A DNA stretch of 32,000 nucleotides from an uncultured Clostridia bacterium (GTDB lineage Bacteria > Bacillota > Clostridia > TANB77 > CAG-508), in contig CAJFRV010000001.1 of the NCBI GenBank assembly GCA_904419495.1, positions 1 through 32,000 of the forward strand, in the 5' to 3' direction. The position numbers and the translations under genes were made by a program. Shown here in pieces: positions 1 to 8,308 of this stretch. The notes below the pieces were generated by a model. It ran no database searches. It was given only the letters and a program-made list of their open reading frames with translations, and was not told the DNA's origin. Positions within the stretch are counted from its first letter, which is position 1, and every line of letters begins with the position of its first letter.

Positions 1-98
1 GGGTAAATTAAAAGGAATGAGCCCTGTACAATACAGAGTTCATTCCCAAGCTGCCTAGTACATAATCAAAAAATGTCCAATTTTTTGGGTTCAGTACA
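1..98 (+). mobile_element. 3' end of an IS3-family insertion sequence (transposase C-terminus plus terminal repeat), truncated by the window edge
   Basis: Frame-2 translation of 2-58 gives GKLKGMSPVQYRVHSQAA-stop, the conserved tail of IS3/IS150-group DDE transposases. The following non-coding stretch ends ...GGGTTCAGTACA near 98, with the terminal CA expected for IS3-family ends. Confidence 0.5.
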
Positions 99-137
99 AG
101 ATGTACTCTTTCTTTTTATATATATAATTTTAATCTT

Positions 138-869
138 CTATGTAATAAACCATCCTCCATTTATAGATATAACTTGTCCTGTTGTAAAATTATCTTCTAT
201 AAGCCATTCTACACATTTAGCAATATCTTCTGGTTTACCTATTTTTTCTAACGGTGTTTCCTGCTTTATTTGTTCTAATACTTCTTCTGAAAATTCTTTA
301 TTCATGTCTGTTTCTATATACCCGGGAGCAATTGAATTTACTCTAATATTAGAAGGACCTACCTCTTTTGCTAAGGCCTTAGTAAGTCCATCCATTCCAG
401 CCTTTGTTATAGAATACACAATTTCTTGAGAAGCTCCAACAATTCCCCACACAGAAGAAATATTAATGATGTTTCCACTTTTCTCATGTATCATATAAGG
501 AATAACTCTTTGACACATACAAAATGCAGAATATAAATTGGTGTTAATCATTTCATTCCAATCTTGTTCTGTTACCTCGTCTATTAATTGAACTTTGCTT
601 ATTCCTGAATTGTTCACTAAAATATCTATTTTTCCATATTTGTCAATTGCATATTGAACTAATTTTTCACATTCCTCTTTTTTAGATACATCTGCTTTTA
701 TGATGTCAATAAAAATATTTTCTTTTTCTAATTCTTTTTTTAATATTTCTGCCTTTTCTTTAGATCTATTATAATCTGCAATTACTTTTACACCTTTTCT
801 GGCTAATGTTTCTACAATTGCTTTTCCTATTCCTCTTGCTCCTCCTGTTACAATTGCTATTTTTTCCAT
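138..869 (-). CDS. Short-chain dehydrogenase/reductase (SDR), 3-oxoacyl-ACP reductase (FabG)-like
   Basis: 243-aa ORF with N-terminal Rossmann motif VTGGARGIGKAI, catalytic YSITKAG (YxxxK), and an AGAGG ribosome-binding site (RBS) upstream. Confidence 0.88.
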   Translation of the reverse strand: MEKIAIVTGGARGIGKAIVETLARKGVKVIADYNRSKEKAEILKKELEKENIFIDIIKADVSKKEECEKLVQYAIDKYGKIDILVNNSGISKVQLIDEVTEQDWNEMINTNLYSAFCMCQRVIPYMIHEKSGNIINISSVWGIVGASQEIVYSITKAGMDGLTKALAKEVGPSNIRVNSIAPGYIETDMNKEFSEEVLEQIKQETPLEKIGKPEDIAKCVEWLIEDNFTTGQVISINGGWFIT

Positions 870-1091
870 ATTTTTACCTCTTTTATTTTATTTTTTTCAT
901 TTTACCATTTTTTCTTGCAAATAGCAAACTTATCTATAAGAAAAAACTATTCTTTATTTAAACATATCATTTTTTATTTTGGGCTAAATTCTTGTATAAA
1001 TTTATATTATAAAGTGTTGTTTTCTATATTATTTAATGGTACATTATATATATACTTTTAATCAATATACTATTAAAGGGGATTTTTATAA

Positions 1092-2672
1092 ATGAAAAAT
1101 AAAAAAGAGCTACTATTAGTAATCATTTTTTTAATATTACAAACTATCATATATATATGTGTTGGAATAAATAAATCTTATTTACATATAGATGAAGCTT
1201 ATTCTTTTGGATTAGCAAATTATGATAAAATTGAAATTCAAGATAATAAAGATTTTTTTAATAATTGGCATTCCAAAGAGTATTTTGAAGACTATTTAGC
1301 TGTACAGGAAGATGAAAAAGGAAATTATGTACCAGTATATGAAAATCAAAAAAATGATGTGCATCCACCACTTTATTATTTATTACTTAGATTTTGTATG
1401 GGATTTACAACTGGTCATGTCTCTATCTGGCCGGGAATTATTTTGAATATAATTATATATGCCTTTATTACTATTTTCATGTATTTCATATTAAAAAAAT
1501 TATTAAATACTACAACTTCTCCGAATATACCAGCACTTATTTTAGCTTTTATGTCATCAATCATATTGGCTTCTTTAAGTAATGTCATAAATATTAGAAT
1601 GTATGCTCTTTCAACACTTAATATATTAATAACTACTTTTTTACATATAAAATTGTATGAGACCGAGAAAATAAATTTCAAATTATTCATAGCTATTGGT
1701 TTTTCTGTTCTTGCAGGAATATTGACACATTATTTTTATGTATTCTATTTAGCTGTTTTATATTTAATATTCTTAATAAGATATATAAAAGAAAAACAAC
1801 TAAAATTACTACTATATTATACTTTGACAATCATCATTGCAGGAATATTATCTTTAATACTATTTCCATATTCTATACAACATATGTTTTTTGGTTATAG
1901 AGGACAAGGTGTTATTAGTAATTTAGAAAATATATATGAAATCATTCCAAGCATATTTTCACAAATGTATACTTTAAATTACTATGCGTTTAATGGTTTG
2001 TTACCTGTTATACTATTTATTATTGTTATTCTATTGATTTATAATAAAATACGAAAAAAAGAAATTCTAAAAATTACAAATAGAGAAAAACAAATTTTAA
2101 AAATAATATATATTCCGACTATATTCTTTTTTATAATTACTTCCATTGCTTCGCCATGGAAAGTTTTAAGATATATTGTACCTATTTGTGGATTAGCATT
2201 TGTACTAATTTTCTATTACTTATATAAATTATCACAAGTCACATTTAGCAAAAAAATAAGCAATATATTTATGTCTTTATTACTTTGTATGGTTTTAGTT
2301 GCACCGATTATCTTTCACTTAAAACCTGAACTTTTATATGATGATCGAAAAGAAATTGTACAAAGTATAAGTGGAGATCTAAATTTGCCAACTATATACT
2401 TCTTTAATTCTCAATCTGGGGGATTTTTAGATGATATATATATGTTTTCTATACTAAATAATTCTTATATAGCCAAAGATATTGAATATACAGAAGATAA
2501 TATACAAAACATATTTAAAAATATAGATATTTCTGATGGAATACTTGTTTTTGTAAATAAAGGACAGGATAATAATTTGATAATTGATACTGTTAAAAAG
2601 TCCTTAAATTTTACAAATTGTGAATCTTTACAAGAACTAACTTCTTGTAAAGTATATTATATATTTAATTAG
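1092..2672 (+). CDS. Polytopic membrane glycosyltransferase, GT39/ArnT-PMT-like
   Basis: 526-aa ORF with many predicted TM helices, the early loop motifs HIDEAYSFG and HPPLYYLLL typical of lipid-carrier-dependent glycosyltransferases, and a soluble C-terminal domain. An RBS (AAGGGG) lies upstream. Confidence 0.6.
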   Translation: MKNKKELLLVIIFLILQTIIYICVGINKSYLHIDEAYSFGLANYDKIEIQDNKDFFNNWHSKEYFEDYLAVQEDEKGNYVPVYENQKNDVHPPLYYLLLRFCMGFTTGHVSIWPGIILNIIIYAFITIFMYFILKKLLNTTTSPNIPALILAFMSSIILASLSNVINIRMYALSTLNILITTFLHIKLYETEKINFKLFIAIGFSVLAGILTHYFYVFYLAVLYLIFLIRYIKEKQLKLLLYYTLTIIIAGILSLILFPYSIQHMFFGYRGQGVISNLENIYEIIPSIFSQMYTLNYYAFNGLLPVILFIIVILLIYNKIRKKEILKITNREKQILKIIYIPTIFFFIITSIASPWKVLRYIVPICGLAFVLIFYYLYKLSQVTFSKKISNIFMSLLLCMVLVAPIIFHLKPELLYDDRKEIVQSISGDLNLPTIYFFNSQSGGFLDDIYMFSILNNSYIAKDIEYTEDNIQNIFKNIDISDGILVFVNKGQDNNLIIDTVKKSLNFTNCESLQELTSCKVYYIFN

Positions 2673-2756
2673 AAATTACACAAAATGTTTTCTTAATTTA
2701 TATAGGTTAAAATACTCAATATTAATTTCAGTAAATTCTTTATAAAAAGCATAAAA

Positions 2757-2786
2757 ATAACAGGATTTTTGAATCCTGTTATTTTA
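2757..2786 (+). terminator. Rho-independent terminator after the glycosyltransferase gene
   Basis: Perfect 11-bp stem ATAACAGGATT (2757-2767) / AATCCTGTTAT (2772-2782) with a 4-nt loop, followed by a T run. Confidence 0.8.
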
Positions 2787-3069
2787 GTTTATTTAATTTG
2801 AATAGTTTGTTCTTATCTCTTCTAATATGTTGATTTGTTTTTCCATATTTGATTTAGTATAAAACTAATTCAAAAATTTTATTATTCTTATTGGTGTTAA
2901 ACATATTGTTGTTGATATGTATGCTAAAGAAGTAATAATAAAAGTAGCAGAAATTAAAGAATATAAGAAATATGTTTATGTAAATTTAATGAAAATTAGT
3001 AATTATTTTTAGACATAAAAAAAAAGCCAATCGTCAAGAGCCTCTCTCAAAACGAATGACCTTCTATAA

Positions 3070-3146
3070 TGGAGCCACTTCCCAGATTCGAACTGGGGAC
3101 CCTCGCATTACAAGTGCGATGCTCTGGCCAGCTGAGCTAAAGTGGC
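3070..3146 (-). tRNA. tRNA-Thr (anticodon UGU), CCA encoded
   Basis: The reverse complement GCCACTTTAGCTCAGCTGGCCAGAGCATCGCACTTGTAATGCGAGGGTCCCCAGTTCGAATCTGGGAAGTGGCTCCA folds by eye into a cloverleaf. The anticodon loop is CTTGTAA and the T-loop is TTCGAAT. Confidence 0.9.
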
Positions 3147-3152
3147 AAAATG

Positions 3153-3227
3153 TGGTGACCCCGACGGGAATCGAACCCATGTCTCCGCCGTGAAAGGGCG
3201 ATGTCTTAACCGCTTGACCACGGGGCC
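3153..3227 (-). tRNA. tRNA-Glu (anticodon UUC), CCA encoded
   Basis: The reverse complement GGCCCCGTGGTCAAGCGGTTAAGACATCGCCCTTTCACGGCGGAGACATGGGTTCGATTCCCGTCGGGGTCACCA has anticodon loop CTTTCAC. Confidence 0.9.
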
Positions 3228-3259
3228 ATATAAAGAACTAAATTTTCATCTAGTTCTTT

Positions 3260-3335
3260 TGGTGAGCTATCCGCGACTCGAACGCGGGACAACTTGATTA
3301 AAAGTCAAGTGCTCTACCACCTGAGCTAATAGCCC
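3260..3335 (-). tRNA. tRNA-Lys (anticodon UUU), CCA encoded
   Basis: The reverse complement GGGCTATTAGCTCAGGTGGTAGAGCACTTGACTTTTAATCAAGTTGTCCCGCGTTCGAGTCGCGGATAGCTCACCA has anticodon loop CTTTTAA. Confidence 0.9.
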
Positions 3336-3364
3336 ATAAAATGCATTATCTAGAACGCTTTTAT

Positions 3365-3393
3365 AGTTTACAATATTTTTTAGCAGTTGTCAA
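3365..3393 (-). promoter_or_regulatory. Candidate sigma-A promoter for the tRNA-Lys/Glu/Thr cluster
   Basis: The minus strand reads TTGACA (3393-3388), a 17-nt spacer, then TAAACT (3370-3365), about 30 nt upstream of tRNA-Lys. Confidence 0.5.
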
Positions 3394-3505
3394 TAGATTT
3401 GTGAAAAATTTGTGAAATTTTTTTGTTTTTTTGCAAAACCCCATCATTTTTCACGATAAATTTCACAAATTTTCCATTTCTATCATCTATTTTCCCTTTT
3501 TTCTA

Positions 3506-3694
3506 TTACTCAGCATTCAATTTTTCTAATACGTCTTCTACGTCTATTCCATGTACATCACAAGCTTCTTCTAATGTTTCCATTTGAGATGCAGGACATC
3601 CTATACAATGCATTCCAACATTTAATAGTATTTCTGCTTTTTCTGGAGCAACTTCTAAAATTTCTCCAATTCTTGTATCTTTATTGAATTTCAT
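3506..3694 (-). CDS. DUF1858-like small redox/disulfide-domain protein
   Basis: MKFNKDTRIGEILEVAPEKAEILLNVGMHCIGCPASQMETLEEAC... carries the typical GMHCxGCP motif. I place the start at the second Met because AAAGGAGGA lies within the longer ORF just upstream of it. Confidence 0.7.
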   Translation of the reverse strand: MKFNKDTRIGEILEVAPEKAEILLNVGMHCIGCPASQMETLEEACDVHGIDVEDVLEKLNAE

Positions 3695-4170
3695 TATTTT
3701 TCCTCCTTTTAGCATTTTAAGTTCAAATTAAATTTTAACATAAATTTTAAAAAAAGTATAGACAAATAAAAAAAAATATTGTATTATGGAAAAAATTGTA
3801 AGGTGGTGATTCTATTTTTACACTGTTAGATTTATTTTTTATTTCTCTTATTATTCATCTTTTTGTTACTTTATATTCAATTTATACATTTTTTGATATC
3901 AAAATTTTTCACAATCAGCAAGGTTCTAAATTAAAAATAAAAGAAAAGCATTTCAATAAAGGAGGTTTTTAATTTATCAAAAAGTTTCTTATCACGATTA
4001 TTTTTACTATTGTTTCTATTTTTATACATTTTAAACTTTTTTATTCAATTTACACTGCGTCAGAATTAATTATTCCGTATGGATTAAAGCCATTTGACAT
4101 TTGTTCACAAAATCCGATTTTATGGAAATACTTAAAAATAATTCATATCATCAGTTATCTATTTTCCAAT

Positions 4171-5703
4171 ATGATTTTTATACATTTTTTACTTTCCAAA
4201 CTATCAAAAATTATCCACCCATTTCCTAATAAAAAAACTTCTACTAAAAATTTAGAACATTTTACAAGTAATCAATTGCATTTAGAAATTGGATATGATC
4301 CCTCTTCAAAAATGATTGTTTCTATTCCAGAAAGTGGTTTATATCAAAATTTCTTGATTACAGGAACAATTGGATCTGGTAAAACTTCTTCTGCGATGTA
4401 CCCTTTTACTGAACAATTTATAAAATTCGGTTCTAATCCGCATCAAAAAATGGCAATGTTAATTTTGGATGTTAAAGGTAACTATTATAAACAAATTAAA
4501 GAGTTTTGTAAAACATTTAACCGATTATCAGATTTAATTGTTATAGAATTACATTCTCGTATTCATTATAATCCTCTACATAAACCAAAACTAAAACCTC
4601 AAGTGTTAGCCAATCGATTAAAAACCATTCTTTTACTATTTTCAGAAAATAATTCAGAATCTTACTGGCTAGATAAAGCAGAACAGGTCTTAACAGAATG
4701 TATTAAACTTTGCCGATTTTATAACAATGGATATGTTACTTTTACAGAAATCCATAAATTAATTACCATTCCAAATTACTATAAAGAAAAAATTCCTATA
4801 TTAAAAAATCTTTTTATCCACTCCAAATTTAAATCTGATGAAATTTATGAATTAAATTCTTGTTTAGATTTTTTTCAAAAAGAATTTGAGACTTTAGATC
4901 AGCGAACAAAAGCTATTTTGGTTTCTGAAATTACTAGAATTACCAATACGTTTGTATCAGATTATGATGTTATGTCTTGTTTTTGTTCTCCCAAAGAAAC
5001 TTTAACATTTACAAGTTTTGAAGAAGTTTTAAAAAATGGAAAAATTGTTGTTTTAAATATGAATATTTCTGAATATAGTATTCTTTCAAAAATAATTGCT
5101 ACTTACTTAAAGTTAGATTTTCAATCTGAAGTCTTATCTAATTTATCTAAAAATAAAATATATCCTTCTTGCTTTATATGTGATGAGTATGACAAATATG
5201 CTAGTAAAACAGATGCTGAATTTTTCTCTTTAAGTAGAGAAGCAAAATGTATTAATATTGTTAGTACCCAAAGTTATTCTTCGTTGAAAAACACATTAAA
5301 AGATGATTCTTTTGTAAAAGTCATTGTCCAAAATCTAATAAACAAGATTTGGTTTCGAACAGATGATATTTTTACAATTGAAGAAGCACAAAAACAACTG
5401 GGGAAAGAAGAAAAAGTAAGAACTTCAAAAAGTTTTTCTGAAAACGCGAAAGAAACCACTTTTAGTTATATCACAAATACATTAAATTCTGAAAATTCAA
5501 ACATTTCTGAATCTATTAGTACTTACGTACAAAATGATTATATCTATGAGTCTAATTATTTTACACAAAATCTTGAAACATTTTTTGCTTTATGTTTTTT
5601 ATCTGATGGTCATAAAATATATCCCCCTTGCAAATTGCAAATGTTTCCATATTTTAAAAATAGAAAGGAGTTTTTAAATGAAAAAAGAAAAAACAAATCT
5701 TAA
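4171..5703 (+). CDS. Type IV secretion coupling protein (VirD4/TraG-family ATPase); the true start is probably near 3976
   Basis: Walker A GTIGSGKTSS, ILDVKGNYY, and a Walker B-like FICDEYDKY followed by INIVSTQSYSSL (TraG-D_C-like). Sixty-six in-frame stop-free codons upstream encode two TM helices but hold no ATG/GTG/TTG. Confidence 0.7.
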   Translation: MIFIHFLLSKLSKIIHPFPNKKTSTKNLEHFTSNQLHLEIGYDPSSKMIVSIPESGLYQNFLITGTIGSGKTSSAMYPFTEQFIKFGSNPHQKMAMLILDVKGNYYKQIKEFCKTFNRLSDLIVIELHSRIHYNPLHKPKLKPQVLANRLKTILLLFSENNSESYWLDKAEQVLTECIKLCRFYNNGYVTFTEIHKLITIPNYYKEKIPILKNLFIHSKFKSDEIYELNSCLDFFQKEFETLDQRTKAILVSEITRITNTFVSDYDVMSCFCSPKETLTFTSFEEVLKNGKIVVLNMNISEYSILSKIIATYLKLDFQSEVLSNLSKNKIYPSCFICDEYDKYASKTDAEFFSLSREAKCINIVSTQSYSSLKNTLKDDSFVKVIVQNLINKIWFRTDDIFTIEEAQKQLGKEEKVRTSKSFSENAKETTFSYITNTLNSENSNISESISTYVQNDYIYESNYFTQNLETFFALCFLSDGHKIYPPCKLQMFPYFKNRKEFLNEKRKNKS

Positions 5704-6037
5704 TTATCATTTTATATTTCAATATGCATTATTCCTATTTTTTATATGTATTCTTATTCTACTATTTTTCCCATCTTTGTCTTTTGCTTTAGGAGATCCC
5801 AAATTAATTAGTACTATTAATTCTGCTTTTGAAGACATAGAAGGATGGATTTTAAAAATATCTACGCCTGCTGCCGCCGTAGCAGTTGGAACTGGTGTAT
5901 TTATGAAAAAGTTTAGTTTTGGTGATGAAGAAAAAATTAGAACAGGTAAAAAATTAATAAAAGGATCTCTTTTTTCCTATGCATTTATCCTTGCTATTGA
6001 TTTAATTTTATCTGCTATTAAGTCTCTTGTAAGTTAG
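5678..6037 (+). CDS. Small membrane protein, VirB2/TrbC pilin-like
   Basis: 119 aa with an N-terminal signal/TM segment, a central AAAVAVGTGVF hydrophobic segment and a C-terminal TM. It has an AAAGGAG RBS, overlaps the coupling-protein gene end, and occupies the expected position in a Gram-positive T4SS operon. Confidence 0.45.
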   Translation: MKKEKTNLNYHFIFQYALFLFFICILILLFFPSLSFALGDPKLISTINSAFEDIEGWILKISTPAAAVAVGTGVFMKKFSFGDEEKIRTGKKLIKGSLFSYAFILAIDLILSAIKSLVS

Positions 6038-6045
6038 GAGGTTAG

Positions 6046-6921
6046 ATGGAACAATCACAAAACATCACACAAATTATTATTGATACAATTAATACCATTT
6101 TTGAAAATATGTTTAGTTCAATTGATAATACATTATATTCTTTATTAGATGAACTTACTTTCATTAGTTCTGACATTTTGAATGATCACTATTTTCAAGA
6201 TATTTTAGGAACTTCTGCTTCTAGTGGTATTTTACTTGTTGCTAATGCACTTCTATTTGCCTTCATTTTATATTATGGTATAAAATTTTTATTATCCCAT
6301 TTGACTTATGATAGAATTGACAGGCCTTCTAGCTTTTTTATAAAAATAATTTTATTTGGCATTTGTATGAATTCTTCCTTTTTTATCATACAGCTATTCA
6401 TTGATTTCATATCTAATATTTCTCTTTTTATCCGTAGTATTGGAGAAGACTTATTTCACGAAACTATTTGTTTTTCAACACTAATTTCAAATATAAATAC
6501 AAATATTTCTATCGATACTTCTTCCTTAAATATTTTTACAGTTGACGGCTTTATTAAAGGAATATTATCTGTCTCTTTACTAAATTTGGTATTTTCTTAT
6601 TCTTTAAGATATATTTTTATCAAAGTATTTGTTTTAATAACGCCTTTTGCTTTTCTATCTTTAATGCTTTCAAATACAAGTTGGTTTTTTAAAGCATGGC
6701 TTAAAAATTTATTTTCTCTTCTCTTTCTTCAAATTATTGTTTCTATTATTTTACTTTTAATGTTTTCTGTCGATTTTTCTAATACAGATCTATTTAATAA
6801 ATTTATATATGTAGGAGGCATGTATGCTTTAGTAAGAGCAAATTCATTAATTCGTGATTTTATCGGTGGTGTTTCCACAACTATTACACAATCTGTGAAA
6901 AGTTTTAAAAATTTCAAATAG
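6046..6921 (+). CDS. Polytopic membrane protein, VirB6/TrbL-like
   Basis: 291 aa with multiple TM helices and a GGAGG RBS, placed between the VirB2-like and VirB3/PrgI-like genes. Confidence 0.5.
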   Translation: MEQSQNITQIIIDTINTIFENMFSSIDNTLYSLLDELTFISSDILNDHYFQDILGTSASSGILLVANALLFAFILYYGIKFLLSHLTYDRIDRPSSFFIKIILFGICMNSSFFIIQLFIDFISNISLFIRSIGEDLFHETICFSTLISNINTNISIDTSSLNIFTVDGFIKGILSVSLLNLVFSYSLRYIFIKVFVLITPFAFLSLMLSNTSWFFKAWLKNLFSLLFLQIIVSIILLLMFSVDFSNTDLFNKFIYVGGMYALVRANSLIRDFIGGVSTTITQSVKSFKNFK

Positions 6922-6929
6922 GAGGTTTT

Positions 6930-7226
6930 ATGAAGTTTATTTTTCCACAAAATTATCATTTTAAAAATAAAATTTTTGGTGTTATTGATTATTCCGTTGC
7001 TTTTGTGAATATTCTTTGGGATTTATTGATTTTGGCAATATTGCATATATGTATTCATGATATAAGTATAAAAATAGTTATATTTATTATATTTTGTTTT
7101 CCCGTCTTTTTACTTAGCATTTCTGGAGTTCATGGAGAAAATATTGTTTATATTTTCATTTATATTTTTAAATTTATTTTTAAGCAAAAATTATTTTTTT
7201 ATTGTAAGACAGATAAATACAGATGA
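6930..7226 (+). CDS. PrgI/VirB3-like small membrane protein
   Basis: 98 aa with the pattern ...FKNKIFGVIDYSVAF..(TM)..(TM)..GVHGENIVYIFIYIFKFIFKQK, which resembles PrgI-family proteins that normally sit immediately before VirB4. AGGAGG RBS. Confidence 0.45.
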   Translation: MKFIFPQNYHFKNKIFGVIDYSVAFVNILWDLLILAILHICIHDISIKIVIFIIFCFPVFLLSISGVHGENIVYIFIYIFKFIFKQKLFFYCKTDKYR

Positions 7227-7262
7227 TATTGTTTTTTGAATGCAAAATTTAGAAAATTCACC

Positions 7263-7291
7263 TTGAATTTTTTGTCTAAAAAAGATATAAT
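7263..7291 (+). promoter_or_regulatory. Near-consensus sigma-A promoter for the DnaD/DnaI-like operon
   Basis: TTGAAT (7263-7268), a 17-nt spacer, then TATAAT (7286-7291), 39 nt upstream of the ATG at 7330. Confidence 0.6.
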
Positions 7292-7329
7292 TTGTATTAC
7301 AAAATTCTTTTGGAATAGAGGAGATTTTT

Positions 7330-8307
7330 ATGAAATTAGAACAAAATGATAAAACACTTTTATTTTCTGAAACAATGATACCTGATATCTTTTTTTCAGA
7401 CTATTTATCTCAAATACCGGGTGATTATTTAAAAATTTATTTATATATTATATTTCTTTCAAAGTATAATAAAGATATTAAATTAAATGATTTATCTAAA
7501 AAGTTAAATATACCTTTAAAATCTATTAGTGATGGTTTTAAATTTTTAGAAGAAAATAAATTAATAACAAAAAAATCTACTGGATATATAATAATAGATT
7601 TACAAGAAACGGCTCTTCATGAATTATATACGCCAAATTTAACTGTTTCTAAAGAAAAAGTTGCACAAACAGCTAAAAATCAGTCTAGAGCAAAAGCAAT
7701 TGAACATATTAATAATATGTATTTTCAAGGCATCATGAGTCCTTCTTGGTATAATGATATTGATATTTGGTTTAGAAAATATAATTTTGATGAACAAGTT
7801 ATGATTGCTCTTTTTGATTATTGTTATAATAGAAGTGCTATGCATAGAAATTATGTGCAAACAGTTGCAGAAGCTTGGGCTTCAAATAAAATTAAAACTT
7901 GGAATGATTTAGATAAATATTACGAAAAACAGGAAAAATTAAATTCTTTAAAGAAATCAATATCTAAAAAACTAGGAAAACATGGTAACTTAACACAATA
8001 TGAGGAAGCTTATATTGAAAACTGGGTATTAAATTTTGGTTATGATATGGATATTATTGAAATCGCTCTAAAACGTACAACCCTAAAGCAATCTCCTACT
8101 TTCGAATATATTAATACTATTATCACAGATTGGCATGATAGAAATTTGAAAACGCCTTCAGAAGTAAATGCATTTATTGAACAAAGGAAAAAATTAAATA
8201 AAGATACAAAAATATTGAAAAATCAAGTAGAAAAAGAAAATTACGAACAAAGAAAATATGAAAATCTAGACTTTTTATATGCAAATCAGATAAATAAGGA
8301 GGATTAA
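7330..8307 (+). CDS. DnaD-domain replication initiation/replisome organiser protein (DnaB/DnaD-like)
   Basis: 325 aa with an N-terminal winged-helix-like region and two DnaD/DnaB_2-like repeats (..WFRKYNFDEQVMIALFDYCYN..VAEAW.. and ..ENWVLNFGYDMDIIEIALKRT..INTIITDWH..). It is followed by a helicase-loader gene. Confidence 0.75.
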   Translation: MKLEQNDKTLLFSETMIPDIFFSDYLSQIPGDYLKIYLYIIFLSKYNKDIKLNDLSKKLNIPLKSISDGFKFLEENKLITKKSTGYIIIDLQETALHELYTPNLTVSKEKVAQTAKNQSRAKAIEHINNMYFQGIMSPSWYNDIDIWFRKYNFDEQVMIALFDYCYNRSAMHRNYVQTVAEAWASNKIKTWNDLDKYYEKQEKLNSLKKSISKKLGKHGNLTQYEEAYIENWVLNFGYDMDIIEIALKRTTLKQSPTFEYINTIITDWHDRNLKTPSEVNAFIEQRKKLNKDTKILKNQVEKENYEQRKYENLDFLYANQINKED

Positions 8308-8308
8308 A

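Noticed and set aside
1394-1690. Internal ORFs within the glycosyltransferase gene (1394-1582 plus, 1415-1690 minus), with similar cases in the coupling-protein, VirB6-like, DnaD-like and DnaI-like genes (5274-5459, 6729-6959, 7639-7860, 8644-8826, 9007-9198)
   Set aside because: They are out-of-frame or antisense overlaps inside longer, better-supported CDSs. They have no RBS and show low-complexity composition.
3406-3472. Perfect 15-bp inverted repeat AAATTTGTGAAATTT / AAATTTCACAAATTT (3406-3420, 3458-3472) between the DUF1858 gene and the tRNA promoter
   Set aside because: With a 37-nt loop and an A/T-only stem it is a poor terminator, and nothing ties it to a function. It may be a regulator site, but the evidence is too thin for a finding.
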